NCBI GenBank assembly: GCA_050251945.1
Contig: JBFWLW010000008.1
Location: forward strand, 32,001 to 96,000
Reading direction: 5' to 3'
DNA from: Deferribacterales bacterium
GTDB taxonomy: Bacteria; Chrysiogenota; Deferribacteres; Deferribacterales; Geovibrionaceae
Length of the DNA stretch: 64,000 nt
Part shown: one piece after another, positions 1-10,397 of the stretch
How positions within the stretch are numbered: position 1 is the stretch's first letter
How the letters are laid out: every line of letters starts with the position of its first letter
The notes under the pieces: generated by a model
The model's database searches: none
Told to the model about the DNA's origin: nothing
Seen by the model: the letters and a program-made list of their open reading frames with translations, nothing else
Made by a program: the position numbers and the translations under genes

Positions 1-32
1 TAAAATATCAGAGTGAAAAAAATTATTGATTA

Positions 33-1418
33 TCAGTTAGATTTTAGACGCTTGTGCAGAGCCTGACGTGTTATTCCCAATAGTTTTGCCGCCGAACTGA
101 TGTTACCATCCGATTCTTTCAGTGCCGAGTCGACAACGTAATGTTCAATTTCCTTTAAAGTAGGGAAGTCACCAAAATATGAAAATGTCTTAACATTCGT
201 GTTCAACGAACCGTTCACTTTCAGTCCGTGCCTGCTGAAAAAAGACGCCGCTTCATATTCGGAAGGCTTCCTGTCGCCGAAAACCATAGCCATATCAGAC
301 ATAATTGCCTGTAGCTGGCGCACGTTTCCGGGGAAATCATAGCTTTTGATCATCCTTATTATATATGCCGGAATGCCGCTGACGGCAGCAAGACCGACCT
401 CCGTTAACGCTCTGTTGTAGAACATGAGCGCAAGATGCTCGACATCGCAGATCCTTTCGCGCAGAGGCGGAATTGAAAGTTTATGAGTAGAAAGCCTGTA
501 AAAAAGATCCTGACGAAATTTTCCGGAACGCACGCTTTCTTCAAGATCGGCATTTGTTGCGGCAACTATTCTGACGCTCGCGTTCATGTATCTGTCAGAA
601 CCCAGAGGTGAATAAACCTTCTCCTGCAAGAGTCTGAGAAGTTTGACCTGCGCACTCTCCGCCATGTCCCCTATCTCGTCCAGAAAAAGCGTTCCTCTTT
701 CCGCCGCGGCGACAAGCCCCTGCCTTGGCTTATCTGCGCCCGTGAAAGCACCTTTGACGTGACCGAAAAGGGTATCGGAAAACATAGTGTCGTCCAGCCC
801 GGCAACGTTGACGGGAACGAACTGCCCTTTCCGCCCGCTGCATTCGTGTACTGCACGGGCAAAAAGTTCTTTGCCGACACCTGTTTCCCCTGTAATAAGC
901 ACAGGAAAACTGCTTTTTGAGACCGATTCAATATATCTGAAAACTTCTTTCATCCTGCCGTCGGCAGTCATAATTCCGTGAAAGTCAACCAGATCGCTGT
1001 TTTCGTCCGTACGCAGGGCATTTCTGAGAGCCTCTATCTCCATATGCATCTGAAAAGCGTTCACTGCCGCATGATATGCCGCGGCAAATCTGTCGCTGTC
1101 CAGAGGTTTTACAAGGAAGTTCAGCGCCCCGTTCTGTATGCACCGGACAGCCGTACTGATGTCGTTGTTTCCGGTTACTATTATAACAGATGCCGCCGGA
1201 TGCCTCTTCTTTATCATATCAAGAAGTTCCTCTCCTGTATGATAAGGCATCTGCAGGTCAACAAAAACCGCCATGGGGTTTATTGAGTCTATAGTCTCAA
1301 CAAACTCTCTGGGGTCGTTATGGATGACATAATCAGCTATGCCGTTTCTTTTCATAAAGATGGCATAGGAATCGGTTATCATTTTTTCATCATCAATGAT
1401 GACGACCTTTGATGTCAT
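33..1418 (-). CDS. Sigma54-dependent response regulator (NtrC family: REC, AAA+, Fis-type HTH)
   Basis: REC (IIDDE, VDLQMP, KP), Walker A GETGVGKE, GAFTGA motif, LFLDEIGD, C-terminal GNISSAAKLLGITRQAL HTH. Confidence 0.95.
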   Translation of the reverse strand: MTSKVVIIDDEKMITDSYAIFMKRNGIADYVIHNDPREFVETIDSINPMAVFVDLQMPYHTGEELLDMIKKRHPAASVIIVTGNNDISTAVRCIQNGALNFLVKPLDSDRFAAAYHAAVNAFQMHMEIEALRNALRTDENSDLVDFHGIMTADGRMKEVFRYIESVSKSSFPVLITGETGVGKELFARAVHECSGRKGQFVPVNVAGLDDTMFSDTLFGHVKGAFTGADKPRQGLVAAAERGTLFLDEIGDMAESAQVKLLRLLQEKVYSPLGSDRYMNASVRIVAATNADLEESVRSGKFRQDLFYRLSTHKLSIPPLRERICDVEHLALMFYNRALTEVGLAAVSGIPAYIIRMIKSYDFPGNVRQLQAIMSDMAMVFGDRKPSEYEAASFFSRHGLKVNGSLNTNVKTFSYFGDFPTLKEIEHYVVDSALKESDGNISSAAKLLGITRQALHKRLKSN

Positions 1419-3256
1419 ACACCCGTACCCGCAGGTATGCTTATAGTGACGACGGTACCTTTATTCTTTTCTGATGCAACATGAAATCCGCCGTTATGAT
1501 CCAGCACAATGGTATATGCAATGGAAAGCCCGAGCCCTGTTCCGCCCTCTGCCTGTTTGGTTGTAAAGAACGGCTCTGTGATGCGCTGTATATCCTCTCC
1601 ACGGATGCCTACACCGCAGTCCTTCACCTCTGTAACGACATGTCCGTCCTTGACAAAGCACCTGACCGACACAGGCAGATGCCTGCCCGGCGTTGCCTCC
1701 AGAGCGTTCATGATTATGTTGATAAAAACCTGTTCAAGTTTCTGACTGTTGCCCATGACAGGCGGCAGATCAGTCTCTATATCCTCCGCAAAACAGTCGG
1801 TGCTTTTATTAATTTTATGGGCGAGAATGTGTATCGCCGCCTTCAGCGGAACCTCAACCGAAAGAAGCTGGTGCACCGCAACAGTGTCCTGACGTGCGAA
1901 ACTTTTCAGATCGAGGACGATGTCTCTTATCCTTTCAGAGCCTTTGTATATGCCTTCAAGAAGCTGGATCATGTCGCCTTTCGCCTCGGTATAAGGCGTA
2001 TTGCCGATCATAAGCTCTCCCCTCTCCTGTTCCATCTCATCCAGCAGGTTCATAAAATCGCTGATATATTCTTTGATTATGGAGCTGTTGAACATTATGA
2101 AGTTGTTGGGGTTGTTAAGCTCGTGAGCGACACCGGAAACAAGCGTCCCCAGCGCAGCCATTTTATTGGTCTGTATCATGCGCATCTTAAGTTCTTTCTC
2201 TATGGTCTCAAGACGGACTTTCTCGGAAACGTCTTCAATATCTATCATGACAAATTCAGTGCTGCCTTCAGAGATCACGTTCCCCCTGAAATCCGCAATG
2301 AAGTTTCTGCCCGAACGGCTTACCTGTTCCACTCTCGGAAGTTCAAAATATGGCTGCTCCCGCGCGAGATCCTGAACTTTAAGCGCGACAGCTTCCCCGA
2401 CCAGTGACAGCAAAGGAACTCCTTCAGAATCGGATGCCAGCGAATAAAGCCGCATCAGAGCTTCATTACAGTCTTTAATATAAAGACCGTCCATTGACAC
2501 TATCAGCCCCGGAATGAATCTTTTCTGGAAAATGCTGACAAACTTTTTCTCCGCAATATTCAGCTCGGTCTTAAAAAGTTCGGTCTGCGTTATATCGGTG
2601 AGGGTAACGATGCTCCCGTTGTTAAAGCGCCCAACGCCCATAACGGCGGTTTTCTTCTCTTTGCCGTTGTCCAGACAGATGACGGAAGAGTATGTACCGT
2701 GGGTATATCCGCCGAGAATATCTCTTATATTCCTGCCTGTTTCGCAGTTTGACAGACCTGTAATGCCGCAGAATGTTTCATTAAGAAGACTTACAGTGTA
2801 GTCCTCGTCAATGACGGCAATACCGTCGGAAGTGTGCTCAAGCACGCTCTGAACAAGCTTGCTCTTCTCTATGGTCGTGCGTTCAAGCTCAATTCTTGTA
2901 AAAGACAAAGATACAGTGGCAAGAAGCGACTGCGATGTGAAAGGCTTTATTATATATCCATACGGGGACGTCGCCATAGACCTGCCGATAGTGGCGGGGT
3001 CTGAATAGCTTGTAATGTACACGACAGGAATCTTTTCGGTTTTGTGTATCTGCGTGACAAGTTCAATGCCGTCAACAGATGACTTCAGACTGATATCCAT
3101 CAACATGAGATCAGGTTTCTCTTTATTGATGGCAGCCAGAGCCTCTTCGTCGTCAACGGCAAGCCCGACAACCGTATAGCCGTTGCGTTCAAGTCTGGAA
3201 GCTATGTCCAGTCCGATTACTGCTTCATCTTCAACAATTAGTATTCTCTTCGCCAT
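1415..3256 (-). CDS. Hybrid sensor histidine kinase (REC, PAS-like, HisKA, HATPase)
   Basis: N-terminal REC (ILIVEDE), H-box GVAHELNNP, N/G boxes (QVFINIIMNA, GTGLGLS). Start moved to MAKRIL at 3256, which has a GAGG SD; 4-nt overlap with the downstream RR. Confidence 0.92.
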   Translation of the reverse strand: MAKRILIVEDEAVIGLDIASRLERNGYTVVGLAVDDEEALAAINKEKPDLMLMDISLKSSVDGIELVTQIHKTEKIPVVYITSYSDPATIGRSMATSPYGYIIKPFTSQSLLATVSLSFTRIELERTTIEKSKLVQSVLEHTSDGIAVIDEDYTVSLLNETFCGITGLSNCETGRNIRDILGGYTHGTYSSVICLDNGKEKKTAVMGVGRFNNGSIVTLTDITQTELFKTELNIAEKKFVSIFQKRFIPGLIVSMDGLYIKDCNEALMRLYSLASDSEGVPLLSLVGEAVALKVQDLAREQPYFELPRVEQVSRSGRNFIADFRGNVISEGSTEFVMIDIEDVSEKVRLETIEKELKMRMIQTNKMAALGTLVSGVAHELNNPNNFIMFNSSIIKEYISDFMNLLDEMEQERGELMIGNTPYTEAKGDMIQLLEGIYKGSERIRDIVLDLKSFARQDTVAVHQLLSVEVPLKAAIHILAHKINKSTDCFAEDIETDLPPVMGNSQKLEQVFINIIMNALEATPGRHLPVSVRCFVKDGHVVTEVKDCGVGIRGEDIQRITEPFFTTKQAEGGTGLGLSIAYTIVLDHNGGFHVASEKNKGTVVTISIPAGTGV

Positions 3257-3315
3257 ATCAGCCTCGAGCGTAATAAACACGGTGCATGTATAATTTTTCA
3301 TTACAAAAACGAAAG

Positions 3316-3399
3316 TGTCAACTTTATTTTACACAACAAAATCTTTTTATATAGGCAAGTTAGCCATATTTAAACAGGGATGTCAACTTTGATTAACAC
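3316..3399. promoter_or_regulatory. Two copies of an imperfect palindrome (TGTCAACTTTnnTTnACAC), putative enhancer sites for the NtrC-family activator
   Basis: TGTCAACTTTATTTTACAC at 3316-3334 and TGTCAACTTTGATTAACAC at 3381-3399, 65 bp apart, upstream of a sigma54 promoter. Confidence 0.6.
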
Positions 3400-3450
3400 T
3401 TTCCCTTTAGCCTCTAATCACCAACATATTGGTATATAAGAACTTCTATT

Positions 3451-3467
3451 TTGGCATGAACGTTGCG
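3451..3467 (+). promoter_or_regulatory. Sigma54 (-24/-12) promoter of the chemosensory operon
   Basis: TTGGCATGAACGTTGCG has exact GG-N10-GC spacing and matches TGGCA-N6-TTGC. Confidence 0.8.
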
Positions 3468-3478
3468 TATAATTCACC

Positions 3479-3901
3479 ATGAGAAAAAAAGTACTTCTTA
3501 TAGACGATGAGGAACATTTCAGAAACAGCGTGAAAATCGCCCTGAAAAGAGAGGGTATTCAGGTCACGGACGAGCAGGACGGCTCCGACGGACTCAGAAA
3601 CATCATCCTCAGCATGGCGACAGGGAGTCTGTATGACCTCATAATACTGGACATAATGATGCCCGGACTGACAGGGATAGACATCCTTGAGTTCTTTATA
3701 CAGAACGAGCTCAGTATCCCCGTGATTGTTGTGACCGGGTACATGGACTATGATCTCAGATTTTTCTGCTCAAACATAAAAAAAATAAAGGTTATGGAGA
3801 AGCCTTTTAGCCACGACAAACTGGTCAGTCAGGTTCTTGAGATGTTAAAGACTGAAGGCACAGCTACAAACTCCGGAGGACGGGATGGATTATATCAATA
3901 A
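3479..3901 (+). CDS. Single-domain response regulator (REC)
   Basis: [24 protein letters not shown] motifs. Confidence 0.9.
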   Translation: MRKKVLLIDDEEHFRNSVKIALKREGIQVTDEQDGSDGLRNIILSMATGSLYDLIILDIMMPGLTGIDILEFFIQNELSIPVIVVTGYMDYDLRFFCSNIKKIKVMEKPFSHDKLVSQVLEMLKTEGTATNSGGRDGLYQ

Positions 3902-5099
3902 GAATAAGGCTGCAGTGGTCGTAGTCATCACACTTATACAGGCTGGCGTACTCTATCTTGATTCAGCGGCGCTGAGATACGTTCTCAGCGCCATACTGCT
4001 CTCCGCCACATTCATTGTGCTGAAGCTGATGACAAACGACATAAAAAAAAGAGCGGAATACGAGGTCAGAAAAAGCTGCGACAGCCTCGCAGGTTCGATA
4101 AATAAAAAGTTCACCCCCGTAAGCAAGGTTCTGGACGACTACGCCACTCTTCTGACAGTCTTTCAGGAACAGCTCAGGAGCGTGAATTCAGACAGCGAAG
4201 ACGCTACAAATATAATAAGCGGCAATTTTACAGGTATTGTCGATAAAGCTATAGGTCAGTCCAGGATGGCAGGCGACGCACTGTCCAGCTTCACAGGCGA
4301 CACAGGTGAAGAGGGTCAGGGATTTGTGCAGAACAGCCGCCACACTCTGGTGAGCGTCATTACCGAAATGCAGAAAATGGGCGAATATGCCACAAAATCC
4401 AATGACAGTCTGAACGAAGTAATGACCGAGGTGGAGAATATCCGCACAATAGTCGCCAACGTGGGCTATATAGCAGACCAGACAAACCTGCTGGCTCTCA
4501 ACGCCGCAATTGAGGCGGCAAGAGCGGGAGAACACGGCAGAGGATTTGCCGTTGTTGCCGACGAGATACGCAAACTCTCCGAAAAATCAAACGAGTTTGC
4601 AACAGAGATAAAAAAGGCAGTGGACAGCATTTCAGGCAAGGTGAAAACAATCCACGGTCAGTCTGCGAAAGAGGTTGCCAACATCACAAAAGTGACATCA
4701 GACGCACATGCCGACGTGGACAGCACGCTCAACAGACTGGACGAAGCCCTTGAACGCTCCCACAGCATAATAAGCGAAATCCAGCAAAGCTCCATGCAGC
4801 TTGCAGAAGACATAAACGCAATGGTTGTCTCAATGCAGTATCAGGACATAAACAGACAGAGAATAGAACACGTCATAGATCCCCTCGGTATAATGAAATG
4901 TGACATAGACACCATCTCCGGCGGTCTGAAAGACATATCAGAGGTTGGCAAAGGGCTTAACGTACGCGAGCTTACAGACCACCTCAACAGCATATATACG
5001 ATGGAATCCGAACGCGACCTTATAAAGAACGTATCCATCGACGGGAAAAACAGGAAATCGGGCAAACATAAACCAAACGACAACGTCGAACTTTTTTAA
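3885..5099 (+). CDS. Methyl-accepting chemotaxis protein with short N-terminal TM hairpin and no obvious sensor domain
   Basis: [36 protein letters not shown] signalling tip; ends NVELF. Confidence 0.92.
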   Translation: MDYINKNKAAVVVVITLIQAGVLYLDSAALRYVLSAILLSATFIVLKLMTNDIKKRAEYEVRKSCDSLAGSINKKFTPVSKVLDDYATLLTVFQEQLRSVNSDSEDATNIISGNFTGIVDKAIGQSRMAGDALSSFTGDTGEEGQGFVQNSRHTLVSVITEMQKMGEYATKSNDSLNEVMTEVENIRTIVANVGYIADQTNLLALNAAIEAARAGEHGRGFAVVADEIRKLSEKSNEFATEIKKAVDSISGKVKTIHGQSAKEVANITKVTSDAHADVDSTLNRLDEALERSHSIISEIQQSSMQLAEDINAMVVSMQYQDINRQRIEHVIDPLGIMKCDIDTISGGLKDISEVGKGLNVRELTDHLNSIYTMESERDLIKNVSIDGKNRKSGKHKPNDNVELF

Positions 5100-5115
5100 G
5101 GAAATGAGGTGCTTT

Positions 5116-5460
5116 ATGAACATACATATCGAAAAAACAGAAGACAAACTGAACGCTGTACTCACACTGTCAGGCGACATAAAAGTTCAGCACGCATCCG
5201 AACTGTGCTCTGTGCTGAATGAAGCCGCCAACGAAGAGATTGACACTGCAGTCAATGTCAGCGGCATCGAGAGTGTTGATATGACGTTCTTCCAGCTTAT
5301 GTGCAGCGCACACAGAACATTCAGTGCAAAAGACAGACAGTTCATACTGACAGACGGAAAAAACAGTCTGCTGAAAAAAGGCGCGGCGGCAGGTTTTGTC
5401 CGCCACAAAGGATGTTCAAGAGACAAATACGGCACATGTGCAATGGTTATGGAGAATTAA
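5116..5460 (+). CDS. STAS-domain protein
   Basis: LTLSGDI...VNVSGIESVDMTFFQLM STAS pattern; typical position before cheY; start at MNIHIE after GAGGTG. Confidence 0.8.
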   Translation: MNIHIEKTEDKLNAVLTLSGDIKVQHASELCSVLNEAANEEIDTAVNVSGIESVDMTFFQLMCSAHRTFSAKDRQFILTDGKNSLLKKGAAAGFVRHKGCSRDKYGTCAMVMEN

Positions 5461-5463
5461 ATA

Positions 5464-5829
5464 ATGGCAAAAACAATACTTACGGTGGACGATTCCGCCA
5501 GCATCAGACAGATGGTGAAATTTACACTTACGAAAGAAGGATATAACATAATCGAGGCATCAGACGGCAAGGATGCGCTCGCTAAGACGGGCGGCTCGAA
5601 GATCGACATGGTGGTAACCGACCTCAACATGCCCAACATGGACGGCATCACCCTGATAAAAGAGCTTCGGGCCAAGCCCGAATTCCGCTTCACTCCTATC
5701 ATAATGCTTACCACAGAGTCGCAGGACTCTAAAAAAATGGAGGGCAAGGCTGCAGGAGCAACAGGCTGGATAGTTAAACCTTTTCAGCCGGAACAGCTTG
5801 TTACGGTTACTAAAAAAGTTCTGGGGTGA
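5464..5829 (+). CDS. cheY: Chemotaxis response regulator CheY
   Basis: TVDDSASIRQMV, DLNMPNMDG, LTTES, GWIVKPF. Confidence 0.95.
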   Translation: MAKTILTVDDSASIRQMVKFTLTKEGYNIIEASDGKDALAKTGGSKIDMVVTDLNMPNMDGITLIKELRAKPEFRFTPIIMLTTESQDSKKMEGKAAGATGWIVKPFQPEQLVTVTKKVLG

Positions 5830-5832
5830 CAT

Positions 5833-7902
5833 ATGTCAACGGACGTGCATCAGGATGTATTCATTCAGGAGGCGACCGAGCTTTTGCAGGAGCTTGAACA
5901 GTCACTTCTGGAGCTTGAGGACAACTGCGAAGATATGGAGCTGGTGGCGCGGGTTTTCCGTGCCATGCACACCATAAAAGGCTCTGGCGCGATGTTCGGT
6001 TTCGAGAATATCGCCGCGCTGGTACACAGCATTGAAACGTCGTACGATCTGGTGCGCAACGGCAAACTCAACATCACAAAACCGATGCTCGATTACTCGC
6101 TGAAGGCGTGCGACATCATAAAAGAGATGCTGACGGATCCGTCGATGAAAGCGGATTCTCCACTTGCGCTCAAAATATCTGCATTTTTCACGGAAACCGG
6201 CGGTCAGGTTCCTGCTAAAAAACAACACGAACCCGTAAAAAAAGAAGAACTGCTCACCAGACAGAACCTGACAACTTTCCGCATAACTTTCAAGCCTTCG
6301 CCAGACATCCTTCTTTTCGGTTCAAATCCGGAACTTCTGGTTGGTGAACTGGCGGCACTTGGAGAAGCGAGCGTATCCGCGCTGACGACCAACATGCCGC
6401 TTCTTGACGGGATGGAACCGGAAAAATGTTATACATACTGGGAGATAATACTAACAACCGACAAAACTGAAAACGACATACGCGACATCTTTATCTTTGT
6501 TCAGGACGAAAGCGAAATCAATATCAGCGTCATAGACGATTTCACCGGAGGAAGCGAAAGCCTTAAAAAAATAGGCGAAATACTCCTTGAAAAAGGAGAC
6601 ATATCACAGGACGAGCTGAAAGCTCTGATGGATAACCGCAAACTCATAGGCGAGGTCATGGTTGAAAAGGGTATTGTTTCGCAGGACGCTCTGGATGCCG
6701 CCCTGAAAGAACAGCAGCACGTCCGCAACGTGCGCGAGCAGAAAACGGCGGCGGAGAACATCTCATCCGTACGCGTCCCCTCGGAAAGACTGGATTTCCT
6801 CGTCGATCTCGTGGGCGAGCTGGTAACGGTACAGGCAAGACTCAGCCAGATAGCCGTTAAAGAGAACAATCAGGAGATGCTGAAAGTCGCCGAAGAGGTG
6901 GAAAGGCTCGTGTGGGAACTCCGCGACAACACGATGAGCATCCGCATGCTTGAAATAGGCTCCACGTTCAGCAAGTTTAAAAGACTGGTGCGCGATCTGT
7001 CTGCGGAACTCGGTAAAGAAATCGAACTGGTCACACACGGCGGCGAAACGGAAATAGACAAGACTGTCATAGAAAAACTCGGCGATCCGCTGGTGCATCT
7101 CATCCGCAACAGCATAGACCACGGCATTGAAACGCCGCAGGAGCGCGTCGCCGCAGGCAAAGACCCTAAGGGTTATATAAGCCTCTCCGCAACACATTCC
7201 GGCGGGAGCGTGCTTATTGAAATAGCTGACGACGGCAATGGTATCAACAAAGATGCAGTGCTGAAAAAGGCAAAATCAAAAGGACTGATACCTGAAAACG
7301 CCGAACTTTCCGACAAAGAGGTTTTCGATCTCATATTTGCGTCGGGCTTCTCCACCGCAGAAAAGGTTTCCAGCGTCTCCGGCAGGGGTGTCGGTATGGA
7401 TGTGGTGCGCAGAAACATCGAATCCCTGCGCGGCACAATAGACATATCAAGCGTTCAGGGCAAAGGTACCACCATAACACTGAAACTGCCGCTGACGCTC
7501 GCAATAATCGACGGACTGCTGGTGGTCATCGGCGGACAGTTCTTCATCATCCCTCTTTCAATCGTCAACGAATGTATAGAGTTCAACGAAGCCGCACATA
7601 AAAGCAGCTCCGGACGCAGAATCATCATGGTTCGCAACGAACTCATTCCTTACGTCCATCTGCGCAGTTTTTTTAACATTTACGAAGAGGCGCCGGAGAT
7701 TCAGCAGATAGTAATAATAGAGATAGAGAACAGGCGCGTCGGTTTCGTCGTTGATAATGTGGTGGGTGACCATCAGACTGTCATAAAATCACTTGGCAAG
7801 GCTTTCAGAGACATAGAGTGCATTTCCGGCGCGTCGGTACTCGGCGACGGGTCAGTGGCGCTCATTGTTGATGTTCAAAAAATATACACAGGAATCGAGT
7901 AA
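5833..7902 (+). CDS. cheA: Chemotaxis histidine kinase CheA
   Basis: HPt (FRAMHTIKG), dimerization domain, HLIRNSIDHGIE, SGRGVGMDVV, C-terminal CheW domain. Confidence 0.97.
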   Translation: MSTDVHQDVFIQEATELLQELEQSLLELEDNCEDMELVARVFRAMHTIKGSGAMFGFENIAALVHSIETSYDLVRNGKLNITKPMLDYSLKACDIIKEMLTDPSMKADSPLALKISAFFTETGGQVPAKKQHEPVKKEELLTRQNLTTFRITFKPSPDILLFGSNPELLVGELAALGEASVSALTTNMPLLDGMEPEKCYTYWEIILTTDKTENDIRDIFIFVQDESEINISVIDDFTGGSESLKKIGEILLEKGDISQDELKALMDNRKLIGEVMVEKGIVSQDALDAALKEQQHVRNVREQKTAAENISSVRVPSERLDFLVDLVGELVTVQARLSQIAVKENNQEMLKVAEEVERLVWELRDNTMSIRMLEIGSTFSKFKRLVRDLSAELGKEIELVTHGGETEIDKTVIEKLGDPLVHLIRNSIDHGIETPQERVAAGKDPKGYISLSATHSGGSVLIEIADDGNGINKDAVLKKAKSKGLIPENAELSDKEVFDLIFASGFSTAEKVSSVSGRGVGMDVVRRNIESLRGTIDISSVQGKGTTITLKLPLTLAIIDGLLVVIGGQFFIIPLSIVNECIEFNEAAHKSSSGRRIIMVRNELIPYVHLRSFFNIYEEAPEIQQIVIIEIENRRVGFVVDNVVGDHQTVIKSLGKAFRDIECISGASVLGDGSVALIVDVQKIYTGIE

Positions 7903-7923
7903 TTTTTTTAATCGGGGGCTATT

Positions 7924-9858
7924 ATGCTTAAGAATCTTAAACTTGGATTGAAGCTTTTCGTAGGCTTCGGACTTCTTATCATCCTGATTATCCTTTCAGG
8001 ATACATGGGTTTCAGCGGTCTTCATAAGGTTGAGGACCGTGCGGAAAAGAACAATGATCTGGCTCAGGTAGTCAGACTGTTTCTGGAAAGCAGACAGCAG
8101 GAGAAGAACTTCATCATGCGTAAGGACTTCGCCACTGCAGAGCTTGTGGACAAAAAAGCTCAGGAGATAATGGAAACTGCCACAAAACTTAAAAACGCTT
8201 TTACCGATCCGGTGAATAAGAAGCAGATGGACGACATAATGTCAAATGCTGACGCATATATCAAATCATTTGACAATTATGTAATTATAGAAAAAGAAAA
8301 AATTGCTCTCATGGAAGGCGTGAACGTCAACTCGAACGATCTGGTAAAGTCTTCCGACAGAGCCATGACAACCTTCAATTCCATTGACGCACAAAAATTC
8401 GTCAGCCAGTTTCTGAAAGTAAGACTCGCCGGAAAAGAGTATATAATCTCACACGACGAGCAGTATCTTCAACAGTATAACGAAAACTACGAGATCGCCG
8501 CAGAAGTCGCCCGCGCACTTTCAGCGGAACATCCGGGCGAACTGACGTCCAACATTGTTAAAGAACTGGGAGAATACAAGACCTCCATAGATGCTTACTT
8601 CGCAAAGATAAAAGAACAGATAACAATAGAAAAAACTCTTGTCGAAAACGCGCGGCTTGCAATGGATGTGGTATCCATGACTGCGGAAGACCAGAAAGGG
8701 AAGATGATGAGCGAAATTGCAGGCGCAATCACCATGATAGTCATATTCGCAGTGGCAGGCATTGCACTCGGACTTTTCATAGGCTTCCTGCTCACCAGAT
8801 CAATCACCGGTCCGCTGTTCAAAGGCGTTAACTTCGCCCAGCAGCTTGCCGAAGGAAACCTCGACGCGCAGCTTGACGTTGATCAGAAAGATGAGGTCGG
8901 TCAGCTTGCCATAGCACTTAAAAATATGGTCAGCAAACTCAGAAGCATCATAACCGACGTGCGGACATCCGCCGACAACGTTGCCGCAGGCTCCAGAGAG
9001 CTCTCAAGCGCTGCACAGGACATGTCCCAAGGCGCAACCGAACAGGCGGCAAGTGCGGAAGAAGCATCCGCGTCCATGGAAGAGATGGCATCCAACATCA
9101 GCCAGAACGCCGACAACGCCCTTCAGACAGAAAAGATAGCGCTGAAAGCGGCAGGCGACGCGAAAGAGGGCGGTCAGGCTGTTCAGCAGACAGTGAAAGC
9201 GATGAAAGAGATAGCCGACAAGATATCCATCATAGAAGAAATAGCACGCCAGACAAACCTGCTGGCTCTCAACGCGGCGATAGAGGCGGCAAGAGCGGGC
9301 GAACACGGAAAAGGTTTCGCGGTTGTTGCGGCGGAGGTTCGCAAGCTTGCAGAGCGCAGTCAGGAAGCGGCGCGTGAGATAAGCGACCTTTCATCATCCA
9401 GCGTTGACATCGCTGAAAAGGCAGGCGGACTGCTCATGCAGATTCTTCCAGACATCCAGAAAACTGCGGAACTTGTTCAGGAGATAACCGCAGGAAGCAG
9501 CGAGATGCGCACAGGCGGCGAACAGATCAACACCGCAATTCAGCAGCTTGATCAGGTGATACAGCGCAACGCGGGAGCATCCGAAGAGATGGCGGCGACT
9601 GCGGAAGAACTCTCCAGCCAATCGGAATCACTTCAGCACGCAGTATCGTTCTTTAAGATGAAAGGGGACGGAAGCTTCAGCGCAAAATACGCATCGCTGA
9701 CAAAAAAAGCCACAAAGACGGCGCTCACAAACAAACATATTGAAAAACCCACAATGGCGGCAAACAAGCCTTCCGCTAAAAAAGACGGCGAAGGTGTACA
9801 CCTTGATCTTTCAGAGGGCAAGAAAGACAACATCGACCTCGATTTTGAAAGCTTCTGA
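7924..9858 (+). CDS. Methyl-accepting chemotaxis protein (TM, periplasmic helical sensor, TM, HAMP, signalling domain)
   Basis: Two TM segments, HAMP (DEVGQLA), [21 protein letters not shown]-terminal DFESF pentapeptide like the NWETF tether. Confidence 0.95.
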   Translation: MLKNLKLGLKLFVGFGLLIILIILSGYMGFSGLHKVEDRAEKNNDLAQVVRLFLESRQQEKNFIMRKDFATAELVDKKAQEIMETATKLKNAFTDPVNKKQMDDIMSNADAYIKSFDNYVIIEKEKIALMEGVNVNSNDLVKSSDRAMTTFNSIDAQKFVSQFLKVRLAGKEYIISHDEQYLQQYNENYEIAAEVARALSAEHPGELTSNIVKELGEYKTSIDAYFAKIKEQITIEKTLVENARLAMDVVSMTAEDQKGKMMSEIAGAITMIVIFAVAGIALGLFIGFLLTRSITGPLFKGVNFAQQLAEGNLDAQLDVDQKDEVGQLAIALKNMVSKLRSIITDVRTSADNVAAGSRELSSAAQDMSQGATEQAASAEEASASMEEMASNISQNADNALQTEKIALKAAGDAKEGGQAVQQTVKAMKEIADKISIIEEIARQTNLLALNAAIEAARAGEHGKGFAVVAAEVRKLAERSQEAAREISDLSSSSVDIAEKAGGLLMQILPDIQKTAELVQEITAGSSEMRTGGEQINTAIQQLDQVIQRNAGASEEMAATAEELSSQSESLQHAVSFFKMKGDGSFSAKYASLTKKATKTALTNKHIEKPTMAANKPSAKKDGEGVHLDLSEGKKDNIDLDFESF

Positions 9859-9870
9859 AAGGAGTGAGAC

Positions 9871-10386
9871 ATGGAACAAAACACAGCCGTAAAGAACGGC
9901 ACCGATTGTCAGGTTCTGACATTCAGACTGGAGGAAGAGGTTTACGGGGTGGATATAATGTCCGTTCGCGAGGTGCTTGACTTCTCCAGTGTTACAAAGG
10001 TTCCGCATACCCCCGATTTCATGGTCGGGGTAATAAACCTGCGGGGAAACGTCGTACCTGTCGTTGACCTGAAAAAGAAATTCCGCATGGGTGTAACGGA
10101 GCGCAGTGTCAACACATGCATCATAATCGTTGAGGTGCAGATAGACGGTGAATCCACAATTCTGGGCGCACTGGCTGACTCAGTGCAGGAGGTTGTGGAG
10201 TTTGAGAACAACGTCATCGAAGATGCGCCGAGAATCGGCACACAACTCAACACCGCCTTCATAGCGGGCATGGCAAAGCGCGAGACGGGGTTTGTGATAA
10301 TTCTTAACGTGAACGCGGTGTTTTCAATGGGCGAGCTGTCGTCAATAACACAAACACAGCAGCCCGCAGAAGAACATTCGGAATAA
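9871..10386 (+). CDS. cheW: Chemotaxis coupling protein CheW
   Basis: YGVDIMSVREV, GVINLRGNVVPVVDL. Confidence 0.95.
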   Translation: MEQNTAVKNGTDCQVLTFRLEEEVYGVDIMSVREVLDFSSVTKVPHTPDFMVGVINLRGNVVPVVDLKKKFRMGVTERSVNTCIIIVEVQIDGESTILGALADSVQEVVEFENNVIEDAPRIGTQLNTAFIAGMAKRETGFVIILNVNAVFSMGELSSITQTQQPAEEHSE

Positions 10387-10397
10387 GGAAGGAAACT

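Noticed and set aside
1481..2407. Long antisense or alternate-frame ORFs (308 aa here; also 13641-14450, 26939-27751, 37795-38490)
   Set aside because: They shadow well-supported genes, lack recognisable motifs, and are expected from codon bias
4478..9320. Near-identical nucleotide stretch shared by the two MCP genes
   Set aside because: Corresponds to the universally conserved MCP signalling hairpin tip, so it is not evidence of a repeat or diversity system
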